From the NCBI GenBank assembly GCA_052426225.1, contig JBNJNM010000021.1, positions 1,674,001 through 1,738,000 on the forward strand: DNA of 64,000 bases. Reading direction: 5' to 3'. Below, piece after piece: positions 62,143-64,000 of the stretch. A program made the translations under genes and the position numbers. This DNA comes from Zancudomyces culisetae HAW-14-8. Lineage: Eukaryota > Fungi > Kickxellomycota. The notes beneath the pieces are model-generated. The model had not been told where the DNA came from. It did not search any database and saw only the letters and a program-made list of their open reading frames with translations. Each line of letters starts with the position of its first letter. The first letter of the stretch is position 1.

Positions 62143-64000
62143 ATGAAGGTGCCAGAGACGTTTGATTGTACCAGTGGTATGGACCCAAAGGAATGGGTAG
62201 GAAAATACAGGATAATTGCAAAACTTAACAAGTGGGATGAAGATGACTGGATCGATTTCGTACAACTACACTTGGGTAAGCGAGAGCTGGTTTGGTACAA
62301 GAGAAACACTCTCAAGTTCACTTCGTGGGAAGAATTTACTAAACAGTTTATTACCAAATTTGGACCAAAAGACCAAAGTTTAAAATACTTGGAGCAGTTG
62401 AAAACAATTAGTCAAGATGAATTCGAAACTATTGAGGAGTTAGAATACGAGCTAGAGGAACTGCTAACAAAGTCAAAAATCACTGAAGAGAAGCAAAAGC
62501 TTAACTGGTTGCTTAGCGCGTTAACTACAGAGAATAGAATAAGAGTAAGGGATGCAGGAGTTGAAAGCTGGACAGAGATTGTTGAACTAATAAGTAAAGA
62601 TGAACAACAATTAGCTATACAGCGAAAGCCAAGTGCTATTGAAAAAGAAAACAATAAAAAACAAACTAAACCACGCATTCAGCTTCCGCATTCGGGCAGG
62701 CCGATTAAGGATATGGCCCAGGAAAAGTTAGGTTACGGAGAAATGGTTAAGAAGATGGAGGAGTGGAGTTTGAATCTCCTCACCAAGGTTGACGAGTTGA
62801 TGGAAAACAAGCTCCGGGAGCATCGTAGACCCAGACCACAGTCATACACCAGGGGTCCCATCAAGTGTTTTAAGTGTGGGGTCGAAGGACACAAAGTACC
62901 AGATTGTCCAGAGCAGAGTAAAGTACAAGATACCAGTGTAAATTTTATTGAACTTTCTACTGGTAACGAGGAAGACACCGACGTATTTGCAGTACAGAGA
63001 GGTATACATCCAAGGGGAGTACAAAAACCATATGACTTTAGTAATAAGAAGATGACTCCAATTACTACCCATACAAGGATGTCACAACGCAACATGGATG
63101 AAGTGCGAGCAGAAATGGAGGTAGAGCCACCAGCTAAACCTCAAGTGGTTGGAACAGCGAAAGATCATGCAACAAAAGAGGAGCCACCAAAAAGCAGAAA
63201 TAAGTTGATACCAAAGATTACAGAAGGTATAGAACCATTTAGCTTAGTGGAGGACCTGAAGAGTTACTACCCTCATATAAGCCTACCCCAACTGATACAG
63301 GCTGCTCCACAATTAACACATGATATGAGTCAACTAGCAAAAAAGGTAAAAAAAGATGAGATAAACGAGATACGCCTGAATCCATCTAAGACATCCAGTT
63401 GCAAAATTGAGATCACCATATTTGGAAGAAGAATGTGGGCAGTTGTAGATACAGGGGCCGCGTGCTCTGTAGCTACTCCAAACTTAGTATATGGATGGGG
63501 TCTAATCACGGAGCAGTCGGATGGACAAGTGATAGTCACAGCGGACGGCCGAAGGCATGCACCTCGGGGGATAATTAGAGATGTACCGGTGCAAATAGGA
63601 AAGTATATCTTCGCTACTGACATTACTATCATGGAAAGAACTGACGATATTCTCATATTAGGAACGGATTGGCTTTTAGCCCACAAAACGAAACTAGATA
63701 TGCAGAAAGGTGAACTAGCACTACCAGTAGGAAAACAATTATTGCTAGCACCCCTTTACACTCGCGTAGCAGCAGAAGGAGCAGATTCAGATGAAGCGGA
63801 AGTATATTTAGTGATCAGTGAACGTCAAGATGAGGGAACAGAGGAGGTAGCTATGGACCCGCGGGTCACGGAACTGATAGAGGAAAACAAAGAACTATTC
63901 ATTGAGGATGTAGAACAGCTCACCCAGACGAATGTTACTCAACATCGTATCGAGCTAACACAGGATACTCCCATCCGACAACGTCCATACCGCATACCAT
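62143..64000 (+). CDS. Gag-Pol polyprotein (partial): capsid, CCHC knuckle, aspartic protease, start of RT
   Basis: Single open frame from ATG 62143 to the window end: MKVPETFD..., CFKCGVEGHKVPDC, AVVDTGAACS, LILGTDWL, HRIELTQDTPIRQRPYRIP. Absent from the ORF track because it has no stop. Confidence 0.92.
   Translation, partial: MKVPETFDCTSGMDPKEWVGKYRIIAKLNKWDEDDWIDFVQLHLGKRELVWYKRNTLKFTSWEEFTKQFITKFGPKDQSLKYLEQLKTISQDEFETIEELEYELEELLTKSKITEEKQKLNWLLSALTTENRIRVRDAGVESWTEIVELISKDEQQLAIQRKPSAIEKENNKKQTKPRIQLPHSGRPIKDMAQEKLGYGEMVKKMEEWSLNLLTKVDELMENKLREHRRPRPQSYTRGPIKCFKCGVEGHKVPDCPEQSKVQDTSVNFIELSTGNEEDTDVFAVQRGIHPRGVQKPYDFSNKKMTPITTHTRMSQRNMDEVRAEMEVEPPAKPQVVGTAKDHATKEEPPKSRNKLIPKITEGIEPFSLVEDLKSYYPHISLPQLIQAAPQLTHDMSQLAKKVKKDEINEIRLNPSKTSSCKIEITIFGRRMWAVVDTGAACSVATPNLVYGWGLITEQSDGQVIVTADGRRHAPRGIIRDVPVQIGKYIFATDITIMERTDDILILGTDWLLAHKTKLDMQKGELALPVGKQLLLAPLYTRVAAEGADSDEAEVYLVISERQDEGTEEVAMDPRVTELIEENKELFIEDVEQLTQTNVTQHRIELTQDTPIRQRPYRIP

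Larger units (their letters stand above)
61614..64000 (+). mobile_element. Ty3/gypsy LTR retrotransposon L, 5' part, apparently intact, runs off the window
   Basis: 5' LTR 61614..62031 (TGTCATAT...ATATTACA), PBS TGGCGCTCCCAGCTAGG at 62034-62050, uninterrupted gag-pol frame. Confidence 0.9.

Noticed and set aside
62091-63686. Minus-strand ORFs listed in the track
   Set aside because: Antisense shadows of the plus-strand gag-pol frame.

Overview
Eukaryotic, AT-rich fungal DNA with short GT-AG introns. Gene content and composition suggest an early-diverging fungus, possibly Kickxellomycotina/Harpellales (inference only). Bases 1-33.4 kb are gene-dense: cysteine synthase, TIM8, KGD4/MRPS36, a small secreted protein, SSF1/PPAN, two tandem aminoacylase-1 genes sharing an identical 5' tract, a truncated LINE, RPS5, a Tctex-type dynein light chain, a Zn-finger low-complexity protein, an aromatic amino acid decarboxylase, HP1/Swi6, an orphan mitochondrial AspRS 3' fragment and DUS1. 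Several spliced genes are missing from or fragmented in the ORF track. Bases 33.4-45 kb hold DIRS/tyrosine-recombinase relics and a modular secreted Gly/Asn/His-rich 885-aa protein. From a tRNA-Gly(GCC) at 45181-45251 to the window end lies the most striking structure: about 19 kb of LTR-retrotransposon sequence built by repeated insertion at essentially the same nucleotide 7-8 bp upstream of the tRNA. Different solo LTRs sit end to end, separated only by a repeated 4-bp target duplication (CTGC, earlier TGAC), which gives a polarised record of insertions. A second, mirror-oriented stack (spacer AAAC) ends in an apparently intact Ty3/gypsy element and predicts another Pol III gene beyond the right edge. 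A chromovirus, a Tc1 element and further solo LTRs are nested inside the stacks.
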